Source: Pecten maximus
Lineage: Eukaryota
DNA: 64,000 nucleotides
Direction of reading: 5' to 3'
NCBI RefSeq assembly: GCF_902652985.1
Contig: NC_047021.1
Span: 7,254,001 to 7,318,000 of the forward strand
Part shown: positions 38,350 through 53,300 of the stretch, piece by piece
Position numbering within the stretch: the first letter of the stretch is position 1
Layout: each line of letters starts with the position of its first letter
The notes under the pieces: generated by a model
Seen by the model: only the letters and a program-made list of their open reading frames with translations
Database searches by the model: none
What the model was told of the DNA's origin: nothing
Translations under genes and position numbers: made by a program

Positions 38350-40034
38350 ACAAGAGGCCCAGGGGCCTTAACGGTCATCTGACTCTAAATTAAAACCCTT
38401 ATACATGTATTATTGTAGTATGCATTCTCTGTAGCAAGTATATAGTGGCACTGTTGGCCATGGTGGCCATCTTGGATTTCTGACCGACCCAATAAATAAT
38501 AACACTTGGTCTGGACCATCTAAGGATAATTTCTGGTAAGTAAGAGCTGAATCCCACCAGTGGAATTTGAGAAGAAGTTTGAAATAGGTGTTGTTCATGA
38601 AAACCATGATAGCGCAATCATGTTACAAAATGGCCGTCCTTGCTGCCATGTCAAAGTTTTTACGAGGCCGAAAAAAACAACAACACTTTGTTGGCCCTCC
38701 TTCCTTAACATCCTCACCAATTTCCAGCTCAATGGCACCAGTGGAACTGGAGAAGAAGTTTAAAATGTGTTTTTTAAGATTGCGGATATGGCGGCCTTCT
38801 TGGATTTCAGACCAATCTAAAAAATAACAACACTTGGTCGGGATCATCTCAGGAACATTTCAGGCAAGTTTCAGCCCAACAACACTGGTGGAACTTGAGA
38901 AGAAGTTTAAAATGTGTTTTTGAAGATGGTGGTTATGGTGGCCATCTTGGATTTCGGATCGACCCGAAAAAAACCAACACTTGGTCGGGATCATATCAGG
39001 ATCATTTCAGGCAAGTTTCAGCTCAATAGCACTGGTGGAACTTGAGAAGAAGTTTAAAATGTGTTTTTCAAGATGGCGGCTATGGCAGCCATCTTGGATT
39101 TCCGACCGACCAAAAAAATAACAACACTTGATCGGGATCATCTCAGGATCATTTCAGGCAAGTTTCAGCCCAACAGCACTGGTGGAACTTGGGAAGAAGT
39201 TTAAAATGTGTTTTTCAAGATGGCGGCTATGGCGGCCATCTTGGATTTCGGACCAACCCGAAAAATAACAACACTTGGTCAGGATCGTCTCAGGATCATT
39301 TCTGGCAAGTTTCAGCCCAGCAGCACTGGTGGAACTTGAGAAGTTTAAAATGTGTTTTTCAAGATGGCGGCTATGGCGGCCATCTTGGATTTCGGACCAA
39401 CCCGGAAAATAACAACACTTGGTCAGGATCATCTCAGGATCATTTCTGGCAAGTTTCAGCCCAGCAGCACTGGTGGAACTTGAGAAGAAGTTTAAAATGT
39501 GTTTTTCAAGACGGCCATCTTGGAATTCTGAACGACCGGAGAAATAACAACACTTGGTCAGGATCATCTCAGGATCATTTCTGGCAAGTTTCAGCCCAAC
39601 AGCACTGGTGGAACTTTAGAAGAAGTTTAAAATATGTTTTTCAAGATGGCGGCTATGGCGGCCATCTTGGATTTCGGACCGACCCGAAAAATAACAACAC
39701 TTGGTCGCAATCATATCAGGATCATTTCAGGCAAGTTTCAGACCAACAGCACTGGTGGAACTTGAGAAGAAGTTTAAAATGTGTTTTCAAAATGGCGGCT
39801 ATGGCGGCCATCTTGGATTTCAGACTGACCCGAAAAATAACAACACTTGGTCAGGACCATCTCAGGATAATTTCAGGCAAGTTTCAGCTTAATCCCACTG
39901 GTGGAACTCGAGAAGAAGATTGAAATGTGAAAAGTTTACGCACGACGCACGGCGGACGGCGCATGGCGCACGACGACGGACGAAGCATGATGACTATAGG
40001 TCATCCTGACCCTTCGGGTCAGATGACCTAAAAA
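38350..40034 (+). mobile_element. HINE/pearl-like element, family A, carrying an internal ~147-bp satellite array (~9-10 units)
   Basis: Head ACAAGAGGCCC...CGGTCATCTGAC. CAACACTTGG recurs at 147,147,147,144,135,147,146-bp spacing. GACG/GGAC microsatellite and 3' palindrome GGTCATCCTGACCCTTCGGGTCAGATGACC followed by TAAAAA. Confidence 0.85.
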
Positions 40035-41420
40035 GAAAATAATAGTGATTTCCATCCTTGTTATAGAGGAGAGATAGATGCTGCACCATTCTGTAAGTCA
40101 CAGGAATTCAATGTCAGTTGGGTGAATCAAATAAAAACATATTGTCTAAACATAAATGCATTTATCATTTATTCTTTTTCATATAATGAAATAATCTTTT
40201 TAAGTGATCATTTCATTTCATCATCTTGCCAAGACAACACATTCCAATGAACTCTGACCTCTTACTTTACATGTATTTCAATAGTTACATATCACACACT
40301 GCAATCAAACATAATTTTACTGAACCAGAAATCCATATACCTCCAGTCACTAAAAACAATTCACCATCTCTGGTTTGAACTCTTTAATTTTCAATCATGA
40401 AAATCGTGAATTGAGAAAAATGCTTTTTGTTTTATTTAACACTTCTCATAAAACAGTGAATGAAAACTTGTCTAATTAGTATTATTTATACAGTTGCTAC
40501 ATGTACATACATTTCTCTTTGACTGATTAAGACATATATGGTACACACAATGTATCTAAATTCACAGAATACACAATTAGGTCATGAAGATGGTTTTCTT
40601 CTCCATTCTTCTAAGATTCACAACTACATAATACAGATTCCTTCTGTAATACATCATTATTATTCTACATGGCTGTAAAGACTTTCTTTAGAGAAAATCT
40701 CCATTGATACACTTGGATCACCTACTGCCTATATAGCTACTGCCTTTTATTATAACAGATGTAGTGACTAGTGTTAAGCCTACTTCCTACTTACAGTATG
40801 TAAATAGGTTGAAAATCAACAAGTCCAACACATTTAATACATAATTATGTAGTCAAATTTAAAGCTAATCACAAAATATAGTTTTGAAATACAGTAATTT
40901 GTTTTGTACTTTCATTTCAAATTTTCAAACAAGCATACATTTCACCCAACCTCTCAATATCATTATTTTATTCTATTTCCTATTCAATGTACATAAATTG
41001 TAGTTACATCATCACTTCTGGTGTTTATTCACCCAAAACACTGATCACAATAAATCTGAAAAATATCATTATCATATTCTCACAAGTATCCATTAGCCTT
41101 GCTATACTGCCATCCTGATCCATCAGAGCTACTTCCTTTTGTTTCACTCTGCCGGATGGTGAAGCAACAACTTAACAACTGATGATGTGCAAGAATGCTC
41201 TACTGTAAATATCCTACAACACCTTCACCTTAAACACCAGTCAAAGTCAATCAATGTCACATTTGTACTTCCAACCAGTTCATACTACAAGGTCAAGGTC
41301 ACTACCATCTACTTCCAGTTAAATCATCGTTAATTAGTTTAGTCATGTATCTGTTTGTCATTTAAGCCAAATCATGATTTGTGATTCAAATTTTATTTGC
41401 TCTGTCAACCTAAATAAGAC

Positions 41421-41865
41421 GATTGAGACCACCGAGGGCCAGATATAACCATCGAGATGATTGAGACCACCGAGGGCCAGATATAACGATCGAGCTGATC
41501 GAGACCACCGAGGGCCAGATATAACCATTGAGATGATCGAGACCACCGAGGGCAGGATATAGCCATCGAGATGATCGAGACCACCAAGGCCAAATATAAC
41601 CATTGAGATGATTGAGACCACCATGGCCAGATATAACCATCGAGATGATCGAGACCACCAAGGCCCAGATATAACCATCGAGATGATCGAGACCACCATG
41701 GCCAGATATAACCATCGAGATGATTGAGACCACCAAGGCCAAATATAACCATCGAGATGATCGAGACCACCAAGGCCAGATATAACCATTGAGATGATTG
41801 AGACCACCGAGGCCAGAAATAACCATCAAGATGATCGAGACCACCAAGGCCCAGATATAACCATC
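41421..41865. repeat. 37-38-bp minisatellite (GAGACCACC(G/A)AGG(G)CCAGATATAACCATCGAGATGAT(C/T)), ~12 copies
   Basis: Directly visible. Explains three spurious minus-strand ORFs. Confidence 0.95.
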
Positions 41866-42854
41866 ACAAAAACTAACTGGACAAATTGATACTTATAATC
41901 ATCCTAGCAGTCAAGTTATACTTCATGTTCCCTTTTCAAAGCAGATTATAAATAAATTATTTCATATACTTAATGTAACAGGAAATTTGAATGTATTCTT
42001 CAGGTATATATAAGGACATTATAGTATGTATATACCAACAGAATAAATTGTTTAGTGTATGATTACAGGATACCACACACAATTACACTATGCTAAAAGT
42101 GGTAACTTTGTTAAATTTATAAGCATTGTCCAGCATAATCACAGTGTACATGGGAGGATAAGGATTAATCATAAAGCATTAGTAGCAGCATGGATAGATA
42201 CAGCAGTGACATAAAGCTTTGATTGTCAACAAAAATATCAGTGTAACATTCCCTTTATACTTCCTACAGGATAACATTATTTTAGTCAAGGACTTAAAAA
42301 TATGTAAATTTTCCTTAACCTCAATTAAAGCCTTCATCTCAATTATTCTTAGGTAAGGAAAATTTCGTACCTATAACTTTCGTAAATCTAGTGTCAGAAG
42401 ATTCAATAAAATTAAGTACATGTACATGGAAAGGTATGATACATTTAGGCCACTGTTACAAACAGTTGTACAGGCTAAATCTCAGTCAGATTTTCGTTGG
42501 AAAATTCTCTTCAAAACATTTTCATTGAATTCTAATGTTTTGTAACATGAATATTTTAACATAAATCATGTCTTTATATATTTTTGTAAGTAAAATTCCA
42601 AAGAAAGATTCAATATAATTAGTCATAATGAAAACATATATTGTCCACTGTATTCACAGAAGCTGTAGGACTGTCAAATACACACTGTTACACACTAGAT
42701 ATGTGATAGACTGCATATTTACAAGCTGCTATATCATAAACAACTCAGACAAGAAAACACAAAGTTTGAAAGTACTTGGCCATCTAAATAACAATTCCTA
42801 AAATATCAACAATGTCACCAACCATGCTACATCTGCAAAAGACTTTAGAAGGGA

Positions 42855-42945
42855 ATACATGTTGTATGATCTGTGACACCTTAGAAGATACTTGTTGTAT
42901 GATCTGTGACACTTTAGAAGATACATGTTGTATGATCTGTGACAT
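42855..42945. repeat. 30-bp tandem repeat, 3 copies
   Basis: ATAC(A/T)TGTTGTATGATCTGTGACAC.TTAGAAG repeats. Confidence 0.85.
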
Positions 42946-43943
42946 ACTAAGTATTGGGACTAACTCAGTAAACCTACTCCATACTCACTACAGGAAGCCC
43001 GTTATCTAACTACTCGCGGACTATTCTGGGACACTGGCAACCATTAGTGGCAAGAATCTTGCATTCTTCAGTTTCAAGTTGTGCCTATTACTTCCAACAT
43101 AGGACTATTTGTCAGTTGTTCTACTCTTTGTTTTATTCCAAAATGACAATGTCATTGTGCAAATATTATGTCACTAACTTTTGAACATTCAACAAGAGGT
43201 CCAAGGGGCCTGTATCGTTCACCTGGGTATTTAAACACAAGCAGCAATTAAAAGAAATGACCTCTATTTCTCCCACTGGAACACACACGTCCTGCCCAGA
43301 GAGTCCAGAGCAACAATGTATTCAAAATGTTCCCCTCCCTGACTAGAAGTGATTTAAACAAACAGTTTGACGGATGCTGTGCCATGGAAGAAGCTTACCA
43401 GTCCTTCAGACTGTCAGACATAAAACAGGTTTGCACCATGTTATATATCTATACTGTAATACATTAAGTCCACTAAATAGAAGTCACTGAGAGACAAGGT
43501 TTTTAGCATTTGGTCATAACTTTAAAACAATAAATCTGCAAAACATGCCAAAATCATCAGAATTAAGGAAGAACCAAACAAAATACATATCGTTCAGTGT
43601 CAAAATTAAACATTTTATATTAAAAGCAATTTTAATACACGAACTGTTATGTTTGTACCATAACAGAAATGTATTTTACCATGACTTATCTGTATAGTAA
43701 GGGCAGTGATAGTGATACACAGAGAACATCATGTTTTTAGACCAGAGATTATCTCATAAGTAACAAAATCACGTCATACATTTTTAACTGGTAGCAACCA
43801 ACCAACTTTTAAATAAAAATTAATTATCATGCTATATCAATGAAATTCAACGATTACATAGAAATAATGAAAAAAAAATTGTTTGATTATAAGCATTAGA
43901 ATAAGTCTCATGAATGGATTTTCTTCCAAAGAATCTAAAAATA

Positions 43944-44518
43944 ACAAGAGGCCCATGGGCCCTTACGGTCACCACCTGAGTTTTGAAATATTTCTGTAAA
44001 TTTGACCCTTTTTGACCCCGCCAATCAGCCGCTGGGGACCAATAATTGCATACCAGCAAACTGCCTTCCAAAACTGATAATTTCAATATGACACAAATGA
44101 TAGTCAAAAATGGGATTTCAATATATACTAGAGTAAATGGTACCTCCTCCCCAGGGGCAAATATGTGACCCCAAGGTCATGAAATTCACAATTTTGATAA
44201 AGCACCTTAGGACCTTTCTATCTGTGGTGAGTATTTGATTCTACCATATCTGGAAATTGAGAAGAAGATTTAGTCAATTTGACCCTTTTTGGCACCATTC
44301 CTCTGGCCCCTGGGAGGTGGGGACCATATAATTAACAATTTTGGTTGACATTTGACCATAGAAGCTTCCTGCCAAATTTCACTGAATTTGGTTCAGCGGT
44401 TTTTGGAAAAGAAGTCGAAAATGTAAATTGTTTACGACGCACAACAGGCGCTGGATGCCGCAGGACAAAAGACGATCGCAATAGGTCAATTGAGACTGTG
44501 TCTCAGGTGACCTAAAAA
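43944..44518 (+). mobile_element. HINE/pearl-like element, family A
   Basis: Head ACAAGAGGCCCATGGGCCC...CACCTGAG. 3' hairpin AGGTCAATTGAGACTGTGTCTCAGGTGACCT followed by AAAAA. Homologous to 49918-50548. Confidence 0.8.
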
Positions 44519-47350
44519 TTTTAACAGAATAATCAGTGTATTACATCTGCTACATTGTAAATATATTTCTATAAAAAATTATGATAAAACCAAAAGCTAT
44601 AATATTTTGGTAATGATGGATACAATTTGACAGGAAATAAATATGATATATCAAACTGTGATAAAACTATTTCATATACATTGTTCATTATACATTAGGC
44701 ATACAGAAATGAATTTCAAAATATAAGTCCCTGAAAAAAAATATGAATTTTGGCATTGGATATAAATATTATATAACAAAGGAAAATCCTGGATTTGTAC
44801 GCGATCCCACACACATGTGATCAGAAAAACAATACCTGGTGATTTAAAACTCACTATTTATAAGAATCTCTTACATGAAGTGGTACTTTAAGCAAAAAGA
44901 AAGCTTATCTATTTTTATAGAAAATCCAAATGAGGTACAAATAAATTAATGTATGTAATACTTACATATTATGTAATACATATTCCTACAAATGTATGTA
45001 ATATATGTACCTATAAATGTATGTAATAAAATGTTCTTACACATATATGTAATACTTACAAAGATGTGGAATATACGTATTGTACTTACAAATGTATGTA
45101 GTACAACACATTTGTAAGAACATGTATTGCATATCTTTGTAAATACTTACAAACATATGTAATACTTACAAATATATGTAATAATAACAAGCATATGTAT
45201 TACTTTAATGCAAGTTAAATATAGATTAAAATGATAGATTATTCTAATTAGGTGATACAGCACATTATGATATTTCTGTCTAAGTTCAAAATAAGATACA
45301 CACATATATCAAATCAAAAAGAAAAATCTTAAATAACATTAAAGACAGAACACATTCCAACAACATTTACTTGAATATTGGTTTAAAATGTATCTATCTT
45401 TAATGAAATAATAATACTTGAAGTTCCTGGCCATATTTTTCTCTCTTTCTACAAAGTACATGTAGTACAATACAATGACTTCTAGGTATTTTGCTCGGCA
45501 CATCACATGAAAACATATTTTTTTTCGTTTTGTGAAATATCCATGTTGATGACTCTCAAGTATGAGATGCATAATTTGTAGTAAAAAACATGTACCTAAA
45601 ATATATTGAAAATATGCATTAACTTGTTTATTGCATTCAGTTATTGGATTAAAGCTGTCTTATCGGTCCAATTATTGGCAATAACAATCAGGCCCTGTAT
45701 CTTACAATGCAATTAATGTTACAACTATCATTTTGGTTCAATAGATATGAATATGTGTATTTAATCATCAAATATATTGTATAAATGTATATAAGTGTTT
45801 CATTAAAATAGAGCATCAAATCTCGTAGATATATAGAACGGCCTTATACACACTATAATAGAATTATTGTTGTAATCCTCACTTTGGTAATGTCTTCTGT
45901 CAGTTGTATTATGCACAACCATACATATCATTTTAACATACACAAAAAGCAGGGTGAACTGCAAAAATGTCTTCCAGATAACAATATAGTAGTACTTACA
46001 AGATGTTTACATGATGTTATGACAGAGAACAATGAGATAGAACAATGAGATAGAACAATGAAATAAATCAATGAGATAGAGGCATGTCTGGTTTAAGCAC
46101 ACAAGGCAACATACAATACTTAATATCACAAATAGAATATTGTCAATGTTTACAATGAGGTGTAAAATAAATATATAAATGAATGAAGATGATGATTTTA
46201 CAAATGAAGCCTGACACACAACCCTGAAATGTCTGATCTTGAAATAATTCCGTGGAGAGGATTTAGTATCTTGATAATAAGTAGAAGATAATAGAGGTTC
46301 CAGAATAATTTTGCCACTAGTAGATCACATCTCGGTACACTTATAGTCCAGCATAATTTCGATGTTAAAAAAGGATTTGCTGAAAAGTGTAAATCGTATA
46401 TAAATACAATAAAGACTTGTTTAGTAAAAAGGACCAGGAACTGTAATTGATTATGCTGGCAGCAAGTTAGGTGTAAAATCAAAAGAGGCCCACTGTGCTA
46501 AGGTTTTAGGTATTTTTTCTTTAATATATACAATATCTTTGATACTGGTACCAGTGATTTTATTTTTCAGTTATAAGACTTTAATCTAGGTATTACAATG
46601 AGCCTGTACACTGATGGGTAAAATAACAGAATGTTGGTCCCATTCCCGTATAATTCTATGACACATGTTTGTTATTTTCATTTTGTAGCTTGTCTCATGG
46701 GATTAAAACCTCAAATATTGTTTTAACAGTTCAATAGAAAAAGTGTGAATATAAAAATTCCACTGGATATAAAATGCATGAAAAACTCAAAATATATTTG
46801 GCATTTCTTGAACTACATGTATGATACAGTACAGGTGTGAGTGTCCTGGCGGATGTTTACAAGTAAGAGTGACCATTGAAAATACATGACCAAACTCAGC
46901 TAATTTACGAGAAATTATTGTTCTTCTAAATGAAAAATCAAATTTGAAAAACAAATCCTGATGAGAACCAACCCTACTATGTCTGTGGGACTGTTCTACT
47001 TCTTTGTACCAATGCTTTGATTGTTGAACACAATGTATAGCCTACTAAAATACAGAACCTGTCCAAATAGAATCTGTAGTCCACGATGTAAAGATATCTA
47101 TCACACCATGGGGTATGTCTTATAAGACAAAGTATTTAATGTAACTTAGTTGTAGGTGCTGGTTAAAATATAGTGAACTTCTATTCATTAAATCTGTTAT
47201 GCAATCTATAGTTCAAATTTGGTGTTAAAACTATTTTACCTCTCAAGAGTTAAGCTTTATTTTATCTTGGGAAAGGGTCATTGTTTGTAGTGAAGGCATG
47301 CTGTATCACGTAACAAAAAGCTGTGATGAATGACATTTCAGGAGATCGCA

Positions 47351-50300
47351 CTATGTGATTAGATGTTCTGTCCCGTCTACCCTGCGCCTGGCCTCTCCTT
47401 CTTCATCTGTTGACACCAGCAGATCTGATTCTATAAAGTCCTCAGCTTTTTCAATTCGGTTGTAACATCGCACCTGTTCTGTCGTTTTGTAGAACTTTAC
47501 TGACGGATCATTGTCACTCACATAAATCCTTTTCGTTCCTTTCATTTCTCTCTTCAGGAAGTTGTCAACCACCCAGAATATAAAAGCCTATAAATAAAAG
47601 CAATCATGGCAAATCAATATATGGGGTATGTTAAAAGACTGGAAAATGAAAATGTAAACATTGAGAGAGTTACAGAATTTTATACAATAAAATTAGACAA
47701 GAGATCCCAGAGGGATCTTGGCGCCCACCATTGAATGACCCATATCAGTTTAATGAAAGACTGATCTTTTCTTTTCCCTTCTTTCACTCTTCTTTTAAAA
47801 CATTTAATAACTTAAACAAGATATAGCAGGGGCAACCAGCGATTGTCAAAATCCAAGATGGCCTTCTGTTAGCCATGTTCTTTTTCGATTGGTCCAAAAA
47901 TGCAACATGCACAACAAGGGACCAAAGAAAACTTACATATGAAATATGAGAAAGAACCCTTAAGGACTTGAGAAATAGCAACTACAAACTTTAATCGTCA
48001 AAATTTAAGATGGCTGCCTGTCTGCCATGTTGTTTTCCGATCGGTCCCAAAATGCAATATGCACAACTAGGGACCAAGGTGAACTTACATTTGAAATTTG
48101 AGAAATATCCTTTTAGTACTCTCTGCGAAATAGCGATAACAAGAATTGTTAACGCAGGGACGGAAAGACGAACGACGGGATGGGATGTACAAGAGTAACA
48201 TTTTATGCCCCCCAATTTCGTGGTGAGGGCATAAAAATTCCTGGAAATTTACGAATATACCTTAAATGTCAAAAAATTTATCTTCATTTTCCTTTGTAGA
48301 CCTGTCACCTAGTCAATCCACTCATATATTTATTATCATTCGATCAGAGTGTGTCTTGTAAAGATATATAGAACATTTACTGTATATCATCATTAAACCA
48401 TAATGTGTTCTGTCAAGCTATATAGAACATTTACTGTATATTATAATTAAACCATAATGTGTTCTGTCAAGCTATATAGAACATTTACTGTATATTATCA
48501 TTAAACCATAATGTGTTCTGTCAAGCTATATAGAACATTTACTGTAAATTATCATTAAACCATAATGTGTTCTGTCAAGCTATATAGAACATTTACTGTA
48601 AATTATCATTAAACCATAATGTGTTCTGTCAAGCTATATAGAACATTTACTGTATATTATCATTTGACCATAATGTGTTCAGTGTAGATTGTATTTGGTA
48701 ATTACTTACATTAACAATCAGTGGTATGATGAACATTACAATGATGAGTTCTACATGAGGGTCCTTCACAGGAGACATCAGAAATGACCGCACCTACCGA
48801 CACAAACATATCAATTTATACACAATATCAAAAAACTCACCTACAGACACAAAACATATCAATTTATACACAATATCAAAAAACTCACCTACCGACACAA
48901 ACATATCAATTTATACACAATATCAAAAAACTCACCTACAGACACAAACATATCAATTTATACACAATATCAAAAAACTGACATTTCAAAAATTTATCAC
49001 ATGCAGTTCACATTTCAAGATCTTGTAAAGCATAAATCATTATCACACTATTTACCACTGATAGGCTTTTAAGAATATAATTACATCAAATTAACTATAT
49101 CTACCATGTGAGATTACCAACCGGAGACAAGTTCTACAGATAATATTTATGAATGACAAGACACTAATTTTAGAAGGGAATACCGATTGCCTCCCCTTAT
49201 AGACTGTTGAAGGCACATTGTACTTTAAATGGTTTACAATGATTACTATGAGAATGTTCATAAAAACACAATCAGGTTTTATTTAATAGGTATTTACTTT
49301 TTTGTGAAAATGATAATTAAAGCTACTACATTACACTGTGTATATGATTTTAGTACTTCTATTCTTAGTATTTAATAGGTAATACTAAGGACCTCATAAA
49401 CATGTGTTATAACTGACAAAAGTTCAAATATTGTACTTACATCTTTCCAGAAGTCAAACTGCACCAAGAGAGTCATTAGGAACTTTTCTAGGATCATGAC
49501 TAAGATGTATAGTCCACACTGCCCTACCCAAGCATTACACTCCGGAGGATTCCCTGTTACAAAATTCACCACCTTAACATGTTGTACACATACTTACTCA
49601 TATCATCTCTTTTTGTTTTATAATATATAGCCAATGTAATATAATTTTCTAAGCAATATTATATCAACTCAATCAACATTACCACAATAATGGCTTATTC
49701 CTGATATAAAACTAGTCCAAACACCTACACTACACTAAATTCATACAAAGTCATAAACTTTGTCAGATATAAATTGTTAATTATTTATCAGTTAAATAAT
49801 CAACATTATTGATTATTTATTTATTGAAAGAAATGATATATAATACATTGGGTTTAGATGTACATGTTATGTCCTTTTGTCACAGTAAATAGGGACTGAA
49901 CAGAATTGTAATATTCAACAAGAGGCCCATAGACATTAACGGTCACCTGAGTTAAGAAATAATTCAGTTAATTTGACCCTTTTTGGCCCTGCCGATCAGC
50001 CCAGGGAGTCAGTCAGGGCCAACATGTGAAAACCATCAAACTGTCTACCCAACCTGCTATTTGAACTAAGTTAGAATGAATTCCAATAGAAGTCAAGACA
50101 AATGGTAGTCAAAAATGTGATTTTCTTCAATAAAGGAGAGATCCGTGTGTGACAAAATTCACAATTTTGTTAAAGCACCTTCAGACCCTTCCATCTATAA
50201 AGAATATTGATTCTAAATTATTTGGGTTTTGAGAACAAGTGCTCTTTGAAATTTCAGTTAATTTGACCCTATTTGGCTCAGCTACCTGCCATTTTGTAAA

Positions 50301-53300
50301 GCCCTGGCTGCCTCAATGTAAATCGTGATTTCCCTATATAAACTCCTTCCCAAGGGGCAAATGTGAGACTCAAGGGTCGTGAAAATCACATTTTTTGTAA
50401 AGCACCTTAATTAAGACCCTTCATCTAAGAGGAGTATTTGATTCTACCTTATTTGGGTCCTGAGAAGAAGACAACACATGACAGAAGACGACGGAGAAAA
50501 GGCAATCAGAATAGGTCACTTGAGACTTTGTTTGGGGTGACCTAAAAATAGGGATATATATACATATTATATATATATATAGGAAATACACAATTAAAAG
50601 ACAACTCACCATATTCTCCAAACTTTAGTGACTGGTAATTGTATTTTTTGACAACAATTTGGGTCATTTTTAAACCTAAGTATACCACAAATAGACCTAT
50701 GGTAGAGTCCAGCATAAAACTGATAAAGTACCTGGAATGACAAAAGTAAGATATTTGATAACAATCATGCAATATACAAACTTTATGACAACAAAACCAA
50801 GATCAATAAAGTGACTATTATGGCAGAATATGATATTATAGTCCGGATCTTTATCTAGATTGTGAATTTGAGAAATGTGTATGATTTTAGTTTACAAACA
50901 ATGCCTTACCATGTACATGGATCACCTTGGAAAATATCTGCCAGCAGGACATTAGCAAAATGAATGACCATTGCTCCAAGAGCTTGTTTCGATGTATCAA
51001 AAGTCCTGAAAAACAATAATTAATAACTGCAAGAACATCTTTGGATAATGTTTTAATTTATATTGTTGATTAGAAAGAAAGAGTGAGTGATATACCAAGG
51101 TTACAATACACGAGATAAATTGTATGCATATTCAGTGGACATGAGGCCCAATGGGCCTGAATCGCTCATCTGCTTCTAGAGCAACTTTGAAGCCGATCTA
51201 GGTTATTTATATGTAGATACTACTAATGCTGATAACCGCTTTATTAAATCAACAGAGAGGGCTAGCTAGACTTATTCGACAAGTACATTTTTAAGCCTTC
51301 ATTCCAGCATACTAATGGCCAAATATCAGATTTAAGGATTAACATATCTAACCCCTGTGACCTTGAATGTAAGTCAAGGTTATTCCCTTGAACGAACTTG
51401 GTAGCCCTTCACTCCAGCATGCTACAGACCGAATATCATCTCCCTGGGCCTCTCAGTTATTGAAAAGAAGTTGTTTAAAGATTTTAGTCTATTAGACCCA
51501 TGTGACCTTGAAAAGAGGTCAGGTCATTCATCTGAACAAACTTGATAGCCCTTGATCCAATCATGCTACAGGCCTAATATTAACTTGCTGGACATTCTGG
51601 ATATTAAAAAGGAGTCATTTGAAGATTTTAGCATATTTGACCCCTGTGACCATCAGGGTTCGTCCACTCGTCTTGCCTGGGTCAAAACAGGCAAGTGTCA
51701 AGTGAACAGTTGGGTCTGATATGTCCTTGTGCTGAATAAAAGTTTAGCTCAAATTATCAAATTGTTATGAATCCAAATAAAATATAACAAGATTTTAATA
51801 TCGTAATATGCGTAATATGTAGATAAGACAAGTGCAATCAATGATTGCGAAAGCTCACCGGCGGCAGCAATCACACTATGCATTCATTTTTTATGTATGT
51901 ATAAGCATGTCATTTTGAAATTGTATGTCACATAATATCGGTCCTAGACCTCTAATGGTTGTATAAACCAAATAAGAAGGGTGTGGACTTACAAGCTTTT
52001 CAAAACAAAGTCCACTAAATAGTAAAATGCCAAAATGCCAATTTTTTTCTGCATGATTTGCCACAGCATCCCTCCTGGACCTCTAATGAATGTATAAACC
52101 AATCTAGAAGGGCACGAGGTGTATACTTTTGGACTTACAAACTTTCCAAAAACTGACCCAAAAAACTTTAGTGGGTTTTGGTGCCAAAAAAGTTAAGTCC
52201 ATAAAATGGTAAAATGCGAAAAAATCTCAATTTTTTTCTGCATGATTTTGCCATAACATCATTCCTAGACTTCTAATGAATGTATAAATCAAATAAGAAG
52301 GACATGAGGTGTATACTTTTGGACTTAAAAGCTTTCCAAAAACTTACCCCAAAAACTTTGAAGTTTTGGGGTGGGACGCGGACGCGGGGGTGACAGCATT
52401 GGCTCTCGGTTACTCGTAACCGGTGAGCTAAAAAACCATAAACTTACCTTAGGCTAATGTGACGTGTTTACGATTGCTTCACTAGTACAGGCCGGGTCAT
52501 ACAAACACTTGCAATTTTCGAAAGCATGTGTCAGATAATTAAGCATGAAAGCTATTTGGTGCTGAGTGGACTTCAAATAGTGCCGAGTGCTGGTACTATT
52601 TTCCCTAGGCACAGTGCCAAGTGGTTATAAAAATTCTATCTGAGCCCTGGTCACCTTGAATGTTGGTCAAGGTCATTCATTTGAACAAAATTGGTAGCCT
52701 TTCACCCCAGCATGCTTAAGGCCTAATATCAAATCCCTGGGCATCTTTGTTATTATGAGGTTTTTTAGCATATTTGATCCCTGTGACCTTGAAAGTGGGT
52801 TGAGGTCATTCATTCAAACAAACTTGGTAGCCCTTCATCCCAGCATAAGACATGACCAGTATCAGGTCTCTTGGTCATCGAGGAAAAAGTTGAACGGACC
52901 GATGGACGAGGGATGTTGCACCCATGGCATAAAAACAAATAACATATAAGCTCTGAGGAGCTTTTGACTAACATATGCAGCATAACCTACAGTTATGTGT
53001 GGTGCAATGCACTACAATTTGTACTGTTACTCCTGTAAGAATCCTTCAAACTATAGTATGGTATAAAGCAATGGAGATAAAGGCTAAATTCAGCATTTTA
53101 GCATGAATATATTTAAGCAACCTTAACTTTTATGACCTGAAATTCTGAATTCAGTTACCTCCTATATTTGTCAACCAAATACAAAGACCCTAGCATCATC
53201 CTGCTGAACGTCAAATATATCATCACTAAGGGCCATATATGGTTGATTTAGATGAAATCAACTTCAGATTTTTCACTCTGTGATCCTGATCATAAATATA

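Noticed and set aside
39154-39923. 244-aa and 137-aa ORFs
   Set aside because: Translations of the 147-bp satellite, whose unit length is a multiple of 3.
41358-41847. Three overlapping hydrophobic ORFs
   Set aside because: Products of the 37-38-bp minisatellite.
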